The notes under the pieces are model-generated. The model was not told where the DNA came from and searched no databases. It saw only the letters and a program-made list of their open reading frames with translations. A stretch of DNA of 59,910 bases, counting the filler, from Porpidia crustulata (Eukaryota): NCBI GenBank assembly GCA_964255105.1. It is 5 parts of 5 records of this genome, joined end to end, with 100 filler letters (N's around TTAATTAATTAA, not from the genome) between each part and the next. Parts side by side here need not be neighbours in the genome. Positions count along the whole stretch, not along the records: positions 36,031 to 47,920 come from CAXUWE010000586.1; positions 48,021 to 59,910 come from CAXUWE010000587.1; 3 more parts are not named here. The stretch is one strand, 5' to 3'. Both the position numbers and the translations under genes were made by a program. Shown in pieces: positions 36,031 through 48,893 of this stretch (positions within the stretch are counted from its first letter, which is position 1; each line of letters opens with the position of its first letter).

Positions 36031-37671
36031 GATACCGTCCAGCCGTTGCCAATGGACCAGCCGACTACGCCCCATGCGTTGCCCTTGGCTCGAACCTGCA
36101 GAGGAAAGATTTCCGCGGGATAGAGCCACGGTACTGTGAGCCAGGTGGCGCCGAAGATGGCGGTGAAGAGGAATACGAAGAAGGTTGCTGCACCACCCAC
36201 ACCACCTTTGTGGCCGTCGGCCGCGTTGCTGGTCGCACGAGCAAGGCCGCCGGCCACGAACATGCAGATACCCTGGCCTACGGAGCCCCAGTAGAGGGTC
36301 CAGCGGCGGCCGATCCGATCTAGCGTGAAGACGCAAAGAAGGGTGGAGAACTGCATATGTGAGTGTGTTGCTTGAGACAGTTCGTTCGGAGCAACCTACC
36401 ATATACGTGATATCGTTCAACCCGGCAACCCACAAACGGTCTTTGGCCGAGATTCCAGCAAGAGTGAAGATAGTAGGACCATAAAGGGTGATACCTGCGA
36501 TGCCGATCCACTCTTGCAGGATCTGAAGCCATACAACAAGTTGGACACGACGGGCTGTGTGAAGCTTTCCAGATCCAATACCTGTAAACATGGCGAGATA
36601 GCTTTGCTGTTTCGATGTTTTCTGCTCGAGTTCAACGACGTTGTGAATGTCTTGAAATTCGGCTTCCGCTTTGCCCATGTCATCGCCGGTTTCTCCTCGG
36701 AGCCGGCCCAGGATGTAACGCCCTTCTTGTTCGCGGCCTACTTTGATGAGCCAGCGAGGTGATTCGGGCATGAGCCATACGGCGCCGACTAGAACTAAAA
36801 GTGGCGCGATCTGGAACGCGATGGGAAAGCGCCAGATGAAGGAAGACAGCGGATCGAAATAGAACGAGGTACCACTGTTTTATATTGTGAGCCGCTATTA
36901 AATGATACTTTTTGCGCCAGAACGCGATTACTCTTTCTAGAGTTATTTCGAAAGGGAGCAGAGTAACCTGATGGGCCTCGAGCAGAGCACGCTTCAAGCG
37001 GAAATCGAAATCAAGAGGCACTTACTACTCTATCCAATAAGCAACGACGACACCGAAGATGTTCAAAGTGAATTCAATAGCAACGAATTGGCCCCGAGAG
37101 GTATGTTCTGCGGTTTCGGTTGCCCAGACGGGTGTAATGGCGTTGAGGATACCGGTCCCAATACCATTCAGGACGCGGGCTAAAGTAATCAGCGACGAGC
37201 ACAATTGTCTTTCTGTATGAAGCCCAACGAACCGCAGAACATCCAATTTGCGTTCTGGGCAGAACATTGAAGAGTTGCACCAACAATGGCCCATACAGAG
37301 GCAACGGCGATGGTCTTGATCCGTCCATACCTGTCACCGAACCAACCCCCAAGAAAGGCCCCAAAGAGAGTGCCAGGGAGATAGTAAACAGCAATCTTTG
37401 GAGATCAGTATTATGGTATCAGTCGGGAGATGAAGAAACTTACAATACCGCCTTGCAATAGAGGCTTATCGACCTTGACCAAACCCCCTATTTCATCAAA
37501 ATGACCAAAGCCCATAGTCGTGGCGTAATTACGGTTGGTGTTGACACCGCCCATCACACCCTGGTCATAACCAAAGAAAAATATGGACAGGGCAGCGACG
37601 GCGTTGATCGCTATCAAGAGTGATCGTTTTTCGTACCTATGAGCTACGTTCCAGGATGAAATGCGATCCAT
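36031..37671 (-). CDS. MFS sugar/polyol:H+ symporter, STL1-like (3' truncated)
   Basis: FFGYDQGVMGG, GDRYGR, TPVWATETAEHTSRG, WRFPIAFQ, PESPRWL, LDRIGRR, PWLYPAEIFPLQVRAKG. At least four introns; runs into the linker. Confidence 0.92.
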
Positions 37672-39707
37672 CTTTGTGATGGAACGTGTAAACAATGTGA
37701 GGAAAGCAAATTTCTATAAGAAGATAATGATGAGATGGTAGAGATACCCCTCAGCTCTAGTATTCCGAGACTCGAGATGCAATTGCTTAGTTGGAAGGAA
37801 GGTAAGTGATGGTGCAAGAGTAGCTTTTATTTATCATTTTTTTATATTGCGGTTTGAAAGTACAGCTAGGAAATGAGCGCAGAAACGCTCCTATCACGAT
37901 GTAGGCGGATATAAAGCAAAAAATTGGTGTTTTAAGGGAGCAGCTGATCTGCAGCTGATATGGATATATGACAGACGTGGGGTTGACAATAACCATCCAA
38001 GTGATGGATGGCGGTGATGGTGATTGGGGGAAAACCATCGCCCGGGTCAGCATGACGTATCATCAATAAGCCTGTCGGGATTAAGGTTGGATGTGCCGCA
38101 GGGACAAGCATTATCTCCTCTTCTACCGTCCTTCTAGAAGACTTCCCCACCTGGTTAGTGCCAAACTCGGAAGATCATTTCCACGTCTCTCGTTCGATAT
38201 GACTCGGCTAGCTCGGATCGACGTCCTCAGCACTGCGACGGCTCTACGAGCATTTTCGTTGGAATCGGTATTGCGCTGAGGTAAGATGCTTGCAGTGTAG
38301 AATCCTGGAAAGCTATCTTGAACGTCCAAATCAAAGGCCAGCCGGCAAGCGCGTATCGTCAAAGTGCTTCAAATCGACAACATTGTATCGTGCAATTGTG
38401 CCTTGTGATGTTGGCTTGTGCTTTCTGATTTCAAATCAATATTACCTTCCACCTGCCGGCTGGCTCGGCAAATGTTTCGCGACAGCTCGGATAGCTTTCG
38501 ATGGCTCGATGGGCACCGGTTTATCAGTAATCGTGGACATCGGACGACGTCTTCAGCCTCAGCACAAGCCGCCGGCCTTCGATCCAAATACTCAAAAAGT
38601 CGGTCTGAAAAGGGCGGGATTGCTTGGATGAACAGCTCGTTACGCGTTGCCCTGATAATGTTAGAAGCATTGACCAACTGCAAGAGAAGGTTTCAGGCAG
38701 CTTGAAGGATTCCAACAGCGATATCATGCAATCACGGGCGATGACCGACCTATTGCGCTTCCAAGGTCGTAATGACATCGTGATAAGATAGTGTGTGGAC
38801 TGTGTCTGATTGCTGTCAAGGGCTCAAAGCTGTGAGGTAATTATCGCTACTGGGAAGGACTTCATCAGTCTCTCAAGCATCTCGTCCTCTTTCATTGACT
38901 CTTCACATCATCGGCAAGTAAAGTAATACTGAAACTGTCAACGACTGACTAAGGTCATGGAGAGTCTTGAGGAGTGTCGAGGTTGTTATAAGAAAGGTCC
39001 AAGGCTCCATAGCCGACAGCGTGAGCTACAATCCACTGCCGCCATCACTCCACTCGGCTACTTGTGAGCTTGTCCTAGTCAGAAACTCATCTCTAGTCCT
39101 CGAGAGACTAAATCTACACGCTGTTCGTTACGAATATGTCAGTAGACTATGTTTCTATTGAGTTTGTAGCCTCACACTTCTAGCAGCCATTCTTTCCTTG
39201 TGCTTGTTCTCGTGCGTTAGGTTGGTCCAATCAGACACGACAGTGTTATAGTAGCCCCTCCCGGCTGCTGGACCCTTGCTGACTAATTTCTGATCGGAAT
39301 GGAACAACCTATGACTCCGAGGTAGTGTAATCGCAACTCGAAGCAACGCTGCTTTACTCTCACACTCACTACAGACACGCGGAAAGGCCCAAGAAGAACG
39401 CAAGAACTCTTAATCTTGTGCATTTCATAGCTCAAGCACCTTGGTTCGACAGTATCCATATGCCCAGTATTAATCAAATAGCTCCTTCGTCGTGATTCCT
39501 CCCTATTGCTGGCCTTGCCTTAACGTGTCTTCGGAAACCCCACTAGGGAGCCTCAATTTGCCCCACCAGTCAAATATCGCAGAACGAGTGGTGAAGCCAC
39601 GCATCCTGCATGCGTGTGCTCAGTAACACCGACTATACTCTCAGAGGATCGCACAATTCTACGGTGCTCCTATACGCAAGCGCTCTTTCGGGAGTTTCAT
39701 AGCTAAG

Positions 39708-42700
39708 ATGTCATTATCTGTGGAGGAGTTGGACGCGACCGTGCGAGCGTTCTTCGACGGCAAGGGAGAGGAGGTAAGAACAGTGCTTCGAACTGCAACT
39801 CATGGCTTGATAGACTGACTCTATTTGTAGCAGAAGCAAGCTCAAAATACGTTGAATCAGGTACTCGGAGAGCCTTATTCACCTTATGATCTCTGCTCAT
39901 TTTGGGTTCTAGTTCAAAGAAAATCCCAATGCCTGGCTATTGGTGGACAAAATATTACAGGAAGCAACGTTTCCACAGACCAAGTGTGAGTGTATCGGCC
40001 TCCCCTGAGCGGAATGATCAATTAACTGGTATATTAGATATTGGCCTCCAAGTCCTCGATAATGTCATAGTTACCAAGTGGAAAGTCTTGCCCAGAGACC
40101 AGTGCCAAGGTGAAGTTGTTCATTATCTTTCTAAGATCCTCGTTAATAGATTCCAACAGGCATCCGAAATTTTGTTGTCAACTTCATCATCCAAAGCTCC
40201 AGCACTGAGGAAAGCCTTAGAAATGAACGCACGTTCCTCAATAAGCTGAATCTAGTCTTGGTATCGATTCTCAAGCAGGAATGGCCGCACAACTGGCCCA
40301 CCTTTATTAATGAAATAATATCCTCTTGTCACACCAATCTGACGATATGTGAAAACAACATGGCGATTTTACGTCTACTTTCGGAAGAGGTGTTTGACTA
40401 CTCTGCAGATCAGATGACATCGTCAAAAACCAAGAATCTCAAAACTACCATGTGTGCCGAGTTTTCGTCAATTTTTCAACTATGCTCTGAAGTGCTGAGC
40501 ACTGCGAACCAAACAAGCTTAATCAAAGCGACTCTCGAGACTTTGCTGCGGTTCCTGAATTGGATTCCACTTGGATTCATCTTCGAGACCCCTATAATTG
40601 AGACCTTAAGGAGCCGGTTCCTAGAGACACCTGAATTCCGTAACATCTCTCTGAAATGCTTGACAGAGATCGGTGGGCTCCAGTTGGGGCAACAGTATGC
40701 CTACGATGAGAAGCTGATTTCGATGTTCACCGAGGTCTTGACTACAGTATCAAAAATCATTCCCCTAACTGTAGATCTCAGATCGTCGTACGCAAAGAGC
40801 AGCTCAAGAGACCAAGAATTCGTACAGAACTTGGCTTTGTTCCTATGCAATTTCTTTTCCGTCCATCTCAATGTAAGCACAGGGTTCGAGAAGCTCTTCC
40901 AAATTGTCTGGCTAACTCTGTACAGCTGATAGAAAATTTACCTAATCGTGACTATCTTACTCATGCACACTTCTATTTGATTCGGATATCTCAGATAGAT
41001 GATCGAGAGATTTTCAAAATATGCCTTGAGTACTGGACGAAGCTTGTTCAAGAGTTGTACGAGGAGATGCAGCAGCTTCCGATCACTGATATCAACCCTC
41101 TCATCAACATGGGCGTCAGTGGGCTTTCAAATGGTGGAGCACCACATCCTAATGTCCTTGCTAATTATCCCTTGCGAAAGCACAAGTACAATGAGGTGCT
41201 TTCGAACCTACGACAGGTCATGATCGAGAAAATGGTTCGCCCTGAGGAAGTACTGATTGTCGAGAACGATGAGGGTGAGATTGTCCGGGAATTTGTCAAA
41301 GAAAGCGATACCATTCAATTATACAAGACTAGCAGGGAGTGTCTTGTCTACTTGACCCATCTGGACGTTGTGGATACAGAGAACATCATGTCTGATAAGC
41401 TTGCTCGTCAAGTCGACGGAATGGAATGGTCATGGAGCAACTGCAATACTCTTTGCTGGGCTATCGGTTCGATTTCAGGTGCCATGAACGAGGAGACTGA
41501 GAAACGCTTTTTGGTCACCGTCATCAAAGATCTCCTTGGATTAACGGAGATGAAGCGAGGGAAGGACAACAAAGCTGTTGTTGCGAGTAACATTATGTAT
41601 ATCGTCGGTCAATATCCTCGCTTCCTGAAAGCCCATTGGAAGTTTTTGAAGACCGTTGTCAATAAGCTTTTCGAATTCATGCATGAGACTCACGAAGGTG
41701 TTCAGGACATGGCCTGTGACACCTTCATAAAGATTGCAAACAAATGCAGAAGACACTTTGTGGCCCTGCAGCCAGGAGAAAACGAGCCCTTCATTGATGA
41801 GATCGTAAGGACCATGCGCAAGATTACAATTGACTTGAGTCCTCAACAAGTTCACACGTTTTACGAAGCTTGCGGATACATGATCAGTGCTCAAGGTCAA
41901 AAGCCCCTGCAAGAGAGACTAATTCATGACTTGATGTCGTATCCCAACGAAGCGTGGGAAGCTATCATTCGTACTGCAGGCCAGGACCCATCCATCTTAC
42001 AGGACGGCGAAACAATCAAGGTGGTCGGCAATGTAATGAAAACCAATGTTGCCGCTTGTTCCTCGATCGGCAGTTACTTCTACCCACAGATTGCACGGAT
42101 TTATAACGATATGCTATCCATGTACCGTGCCACCAGTGGCATGATTTCAGACAGTGTCATTCGAGATGGTAATTTTCGGATGGATCGATTGATTACATTA
42201 GGTAATTGCTGATAGTCGTCAGGTCTGGTTGCTACAAGAATGCCCAAAGTCCGTGGGTTAAGGACCATCAAAAAGGAGATCCTTAAGCTGGTCGATACCT
42301 ACGTCCAGAAAGCCGACGATTCGGAGTTGGTCAACGCAACTATTGTCCCTGCACTGCTGGACGCGGTTCTGGTTGATTACAACCGTAATGTTCCTGACGC
42401 GAGAGACGCTGAGGTGTTGGACGTAATGACAACAATCATCTCCAAGCTACATGTACGTTGGACAATCCACACCTCGAAGTACTCGGTCAGAGGTGTTCAT
42501 CGTGTATTCAGCGCGTACAAATCTAACTGATCATAGGGTCTCATGGAAGATAAAGTTCCTACAATTATGGAGAACGTCTTTGAATGTACGCTCGAAATGA
42601 TCAACAAGGACTTCTCGGAATATCCCGAGCATCGAGTCGAGTTCTTCAAACTCTTGAAGGCGATTAACCTTTATTGTTTCCCAGCACTCCTCAAGTTAGA

Positions 42701-43439
42701 TGGACGACAGTTCAAGTTCGTCATCGATTCATGCATGTGGGCGAGCAAGCACGACAACCGCGAAGTTGAGAATACCGGATTGACTATGTGTATCGAACTT
42801 ATGGACAATATGGCTGACGTCACCGATCACCAAACTTCAAGCGCGTTCTTTCAGCAGTTTTATATTGCTATCCTGCAAGACGTTTTCTTCGTTCTCACTG
42901 ATGCTGATCATAAAGCCGGTAGGCAATATCCTGCCGCCACAAGAATGATCACTGAGGATGCTGATTTGGACCATAGGCTTCAAGTCACAGTCGATGTTAT
43001 TAGCACGGATGTTTTATTTTGTAGAGTCTGGCAAGATCATCGAACCCGTCTATACCCCCGAGCAAGCACCGGCTGGCACTAGCAACAAGGACTTCCTGCG
43101 TGGCTTCATTGGAAATCTACTTCAAACAGCATTTGCCAATCTTCAAACGTAAGTTCGTTGGCTATGCTTCAAGATGCGCTGACCCTTATACTTTATAGTG
43201 TACAAATACAACACTTCATCGAAGGCCTTTTCGCCATGAACACTGATTTGTCGAAATTCAAGCTTCATCTTCGCGATTTCCTCATCCAGCTCAAAGAATT
43301 TGCTGGAGACAACTCTGACCTTTACGCGGAGGATCGAGAGGAGGCGCTACGACTGGCCAAAGTAGAAGAGCGTCAACAAGCCGTCAAGGTTGGAGGGCTC
43401 CTAAAACCAGCCGATCTTGACCAGGATGACGAGCTGTAA
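39708..43439 (+). CDS. crm1: Exportin-1 (CRM1/Xpo1/KapK)
   Basis: [81 protein letters not shown]-terminal [12 protein letters not shown]. About 10 short introns. Confidence 0.98.
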
Positions 43440-44031
43440 TCTGGGAAGGGCGTCAACCATCTTGATGCCCATGCTGACAATAACGGTCTTCGTACCATCT
43501 TCAAGATCCCGGCCGTCACCACATAAGGCCAGAAGTTTATTGGACGGATAGGTTCAATCCTTTAGAGGTTTCTGAAGTTTGTTTCTTCTATCAGCAGCTC
43601 GCACCTGCTCTTGCACGAATGGTACGCTCTGTCTCCATTCTTTCGGTACAAGATTTGATGTCGGATAGGTGACCAGCTTCGAAGGGCAGGGTCAGACACA
43701 TGGACATGGGCCGCCGAGACCCGTACAATAGCCATAGCGGGAAATGCATAATGGTGCCCTAACAACAATTTCGTTCCGTGTGGCTACGGAGTTGAGCAAG
43801 GCGTTTCATGCGGAACAATTATCATGTATGATCACATAAACTTCACTACTTTTTGAGGAATAATGTGGTGTTTGAAATTTTTATTTCTTTTCGTACGAAG
43901 AAAAGTTTATCAGCTTGTGCCACTCCTGAGTAAGTATCGGACATATGTAGCCCTCGTAGCCCCTGCAGGCAGCCGGTGCATACGCCGACACAGCCGTCCA
44001 TATTCCATAGACCCACGCAGTGATCTAAGCG

Positions 44032-44811
44032 TCAATGCTTCATTGCTAGCACAAATAATTCCCTCATCCCTCTCAAAAACATCCCCAGATCTCGGTTCTC
44101 ATTGATCCTCTCCAAGCATCTCTCTACCTCCTGTGCCTCGATCTTCGGCCTTATACAGAGAACTTGGTAATCCCTTCTCTCAATGTCCAACTCAAACCAT
44201 CCCTCCCTCTCCCAGTCCCTCTCGTCCACATGCGAAAATACAAACTTCAGCCGATCCGCCTGTCCCGCCCCTTCGATTCTCATACATAAGTAATCCATCC
44301 AGAATTGTAGTTCTGGCTCATTATATCGAGCTTGGTTATCCAGTGCTGCGGCATGCTCTCGCTGGGCAGAAAGACGTTGAGAGATAGTCTTTTGGATGGA
44401 GACAATCTCGTCCCGTAGACGATCCCTCTGGGCGGCGCGTGCATCACGTTGCGAGGATATGGAGACGATAGCAGTATGCATCTCAGCAGTCTCAGCGGCT
44501 TCCTTGCTGAGGGATTGTGCGTGCGTGGTGGCTTTGTGGGCGAGGATTTCGATGTCTTTTTTCTTCATTCGTTGGTCCTCCTGCAGCTCCGCAACATTGA
44601 TACGGAATTGGTTGCGCTCTTCGAGTACCCGTTTGCGACCCTTGGCAATGAAGTCATCAAAGCGGTCGGTAAAACGAGCCATGCGGTCGCGGAGTTCATC
44701 GAAGCCGAAATTTATGCTTGGGAGGGAGTCGGCCATTGACGGCGCGTCTGCGGAGAGGAGGGGCGGACGCATTGCGCTTGTGGAAAGGGAGGGTTCGAAG
44801 AAAGTCGCCAT
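44032..44811 (-). CDS. spc25: Kinetochore Ndc80-complex subunit Spc25
   Basis: Single exon. N-terminal coiled coil; C-terminal RWD-like LCMRIEGAG..RLKFVFSHVDERDWERE..FLRGMRELF. Confidence 0.92.
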   Translation of the reverse strand: MATFFEPSLSTSAMRPPLLSADAPSMADSLPSINFGFDELRDRMARFTDRFDDFIAKGRKRVLEERNQFRINVAELQEDQRMKKKDIEILAHKATTHAQSLSKEAAETAEMHTAIVSISSQRDARAAQRDRLRDEIVSIQKTISQRLSAQREHAAALDNQARYNEPELQFWMDYLCMRIEGAGQADRLKFVFSHVDERDWEREGWFELDIERRDYQVLCIRPKIEAQEVERCLERINENRDLGMFLRGMRELFVLAMKH

Positions 44812-45085
44812 GACGGAGCCGTATGATTACAATACAAGTTAAGGATCACAAGCTTTATGTTATTTCAAAAATCAACGCACAGAAGTGGTGTAAGCTTAGA
44901 GGGGTTCTGTGTGTAAGTAGGAGTTGGAGTTCGATTGTTTACAGTACGCAAAGGGTTGCTTAGCAACGGCGCTCACGTGAAGACTAAGCTGCTTTAGGAG
45001 CTCTATCACTTTTTGCTCTCTTGATACGTCGGTCAGAAAGCACCTGTATGATCAAAGTTTCTGCGTGTGAATTTGGCGCGCTGAA

Positions 45086-45091
45086 ACGCGT
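45086..45091. promoter_or_regulatory. MCB-type box in the spc25/rrn6 divergent promoter
   Basis: ACGCGT preceded by GGCGCG within the 380-bp bidirectional intergenic region. Confidence 0.4.
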
Positions 45092-45191
45092 TCCATTCCT
45101 GTTACGTTATTAGACTACTAAAGCTTTTACGACATGAGTATTATCAGATTTCGCAAGAATACTCGGAGAGTCAAGACGAGACGGAAAACGA

Positions 45192-47920
45192 ATGACCAGA
45201 GCCCGTGGGGCTGACCTCGTATATGGTCATTTGGGGGAGGCAACCTACGATACTGATACTCGGAGATGGCATTTCTCCAGAACTCCGTCGATTGGTATGA
45301 AATTTCCATAATTTGAAACCTCAAAAGTAACACTCGCAGGTCGACAGCTAAAACCTCTCGGACAGCCGACAGTCGCCATACAAGCTTCTTCAATTGAGAC
45401 GTCGTATAGCGCAACGCAGGCTGCAGTCATACGCACTCGGGAAATTAAAGCCCTAGCTCGAACGTACCCCGAGCTTGTCCCTGGAATATCGTTACTTCCA
45501 GTGCTTACCCAAACTTCAGAGATAATCTCCAAAGCCACTCCAAGATATGATTCGACCGGCACAGAGCTATTGGCTTTGGGAACGGCTGTCAATCGAGATA
45601 ATCCACGTACAGCGGCAAAGACTGTGCCGATAGTTGCTACAGCCGCTGGAGAAGCTGGTGAATTAGTAAGGCTTGCACTTCTAGTCAGAACCAAAATCGG
45701 ATGGCTTGGCAACAAGACCGTGAGCCTAAACTCCCTCGACGTGGATACCCAAGAGCAAGCACGGTGGCATGGGCAAAGTGGTCTGATACAGCAATTGGCT
45801 TTTGCTGAGGGTAATGGCAATGCTACTTCGTGGCTTGCTGTCCGCTTTTCAGGAGCTACAACGATCCTGCACCCTGTCCTACGTCGGACCATAAGACCTC
45901 CAGTCCTGCCTTACTCCAGTCATCGTAGTAGCCTCTACCCGACCTCCCGCCTTGACCCAAATCCGATTGTAACCTTGCCCATTGAACGGTCCGGTGGAGC
46001 GCCGCATGCAGACGTTTCCTTTAATCCTTGGTACGAAAAGCAATTTGCTGTTGTTGACCAGGAAGGCCTGTGGAGCGTCTGGGACATTAAAAATCAGAAT
46101 ACACGAAGAGATGTTTGGACGCTCAAGATTGGTTCTGTAGGTAACATCCATGACATGCAGAAGGAAGGCCTTAGCTCGCTCAGTAACAAGGCGGACGGCT
46201 GGGGATCAGTCTTATGGGCCTGCAACGTCCATACCTTACTCGTCTTTGGTAGGAGATCGTTTATAATTTGCAATCTCCGCGATATTTCAGGATGTCTCGT
46301 AGGACCTGACCTGGTTCCAGCTGACAGTGGAGACTGGATTCTTAGTATCAAAAGGAGACCATCCCAGAATAGTGATTTGTTTGTTGTAACATCGTCGCGT
46401 ATCTTCTGGCTGCGTATCTTTGGCTTCAACGAGAGGGCGGAAAGTAACATCCCAGATCTTGGCGCAAAGATTCTACTTTCTTGGAGGCATTTTCGAGACC
46501 GCGAGGATGCTAGTCTCACAATCCATCTATTCAACGACATCGAACATGTCCCGGGAATAACTGAGGAGGACTCAGCGACCTCTGAGCCAGACACAACGAC
46601 TACCTTGATATTGTATTCTCGAATGACTGGCCTGCCTACTGTGTACAATTTCAAGACATCGTCACTACCCAAAGGCCTACCCGAGTCTCCCTCGGATCCC
46701 TACATTCTTGGTCTGGACAGCACTATAGGGAAACCCGACGACTTGGCCAGTACAGGCCATCCCGCTCAACCAAAGTCAATTTTCTCGCTTGTGCTAAGCA
46801 GGGTGGAGTATAATGTGCACTCAGGGTCTGTTCCATCTGGACCTGGGAAAGACTACATGGAAAGCGGCGTGAGATTTTACCAGCTGAACATCTTATTCAA
46901 TGATTTAAGCCTCGAGCAAAGCCTATATGCTAGTTCTCTAGATGGTCGAAGCTCGTCCGTTCAGTTTCCCGTATCCAAAATATCTATGAAGCCCAGAAGC
47001 GTTACCAAGGTTATTGAAGAAGGCTCTATCGTGCCGGACGGAGTCCTGGACACGGGTACTGTAGAGTCTCAAATTGATTTGAGGTTCCTTCGAAGTAAAG
47101 AGCCCATAGTGAAAGAAGAGATCGCGGTAGATAGGGGCGACCCATGGACTGTAAATCTTGAATGGCTCGACAGGCACATACAAAGCGCCGCACCAAGCTT
47201 CACGGCGCTGGAGCGCAATCAATTCCCAATTACAAGGCCCTTCAGCGACGTACTAGGGACAATTCAATCTGTTCTTGAGAATGGACTGTCATTCGGCGGA
47301 CCTGGGATCAGGTTACTGTATGTACTATACTGAATCACTGTCTCAGAATTGTCCAACTAACAGTGCTCTGTAGCAACGAGAATATGAGCCTGCGGAATGT
47401 GGTAATCGATGTTGAGCAAGCATCCATGCTTCTTCAGGACATGATGACTTTGGCGGCTGAAGGCAATACTCATCTCAAGAAGATACGAGTGAAACCCAGC
47501 TTATTTTCTCCGGTAGCAGATCCTGGGGTGACCCACAATGATCTATCTCTCTTACAGAGCCATGACAGGCTAGTCCGGTCATGGATTACTCCCTTACCAC
47601 CAAGTATACCGGGCAGGGTAAGGGTAAACATTGAGAAACAGCTGAGAGGAATTGCCGCCGAAACGTATCTCGCAAGCTACGCAATCCAATCCGACAGCGG
47701 ATCCGCTCAAGGTGAGGACAGACTGAAAAAAGACCTCCCAGCACACCAAGGATCATTCGCCTTACCGGTCCGCCGAAAACCCTCCATAACCAAGCTATCC
47801 CAAAAAGGTAAGGGAAAACTCGCAGAGTCACGTTCTTCCTCCCCCCCAGCTTCCTCGCAGCTCTCTCAAGACACTGGTTTCGCTCAGATCCTCCCTACCC
47901 ATACCCTTACCTCCTCTTTC
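45192..47920 (+). CDS. rrn6: RNA polymerase I core factor subunit Rrn6-like (3' truncated)
   Basis: LVYGHLGEATYD start, intron 45295-45339, ARTYPELVP, HADVSFNPW..QFAVVDQEGLWSVW, ILLSWRHFRD, WITPLP..IPGRVR. Confidence 0.75.
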
Positions 47921-48020
47921 NNNNNNNNNNNNNNNNNNNNNNNNNNNNNNNNNNNNNNNNNNNNTTAATTAATTAANNNNNNNNNNNNNNNNNNNNNNNN
48001 NNNNNNNNNNNNNNNNNNNN
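47921..48020. other. Artificial contig linker
   Basis: N44-TTAATTAATTAA-N44. Confidence 0.98.
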
Positions 48021-48893
48021 GGTCATGGAGAAGCGGACTGGGGAGTCGGTGGGGGAGGCGCGGGCACGGGTGATGGAGGTCCAGAGGAGGGCGCAGAGGG
48101 CGTCGTTAGTGGAGACACTATGGATTGGGTATTCGGTTTCGGTGCGGAGGGCAGGATCGGATGTTGCTGCATCCTTGAGTCGGGCGAGGGCGGAGTCGGA
48201 GAAGAAGAAGATGGAGGATGTGACGGTAGAGGTTGTGGGAAAGTAGTCGTTGGGCTGGTTTTCCGCGGTGGGGTTTGCCTCCTGGTGGGGAAAGAGGGTA
48301 TATTCGGGATGGTCTTCGAGTTTCCCGGACCCAGCGCCTTGCATCAGCGGTGCGCGGTCGAACCAATTAGGTTTCACTAGTTGCGAACCGTCTTCGCCGC
48401 GGCAGTACGTTGACCAGACTTTCATGATGTCAAACATACCGACTTCGTCCATCACGCAATGGTGGACGGCAAAGTATAGGAGGAGGCCGCCCTTGAGAAT
48501 GTTGATTTGCGCCATCAATACTCGAGGTGGACCGGAAGGCTGCTGGGGTCCGATGAGATCTGCTGGTATGGCGTCGGATGGAAAATGTTTCAGGTCTAGC
48601 GCGTTATAATCATAGTCATTGCTTAAATCGTTGATGCAAAGCATGTCGTCAACACTGTCGTACGGGCCTTGAACGCTCAAAGAGCCTGGTTGGCAGTCGT
48701 AGCTGGCTGGGACAACTACACCAGAGATGACGGGCATGGCGGCAATTGTTTTCGCCAGCGCATTCTTGAAGATTAAGGCGATGGCAGCTGGTTCTGCGGC
48801 AGAGCTGAAGTAAAGCAGTTTTGGAACATGGTGCCGCGGCATTAGATGGTCCAACGGCGACAACGGATGGATGAGTGGTCCTTGTTCAACCAT
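48021..48893 (-). CDS. CoA-dependent O-acyltransferase (BAHD/TRI101-like; 3' truncated)
   Basis: LSPLDHLMPR, AQINILKGGLLL, HXXXD motif in VHHCVMDE, STNDALCALLW. Confidence 0.88.
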
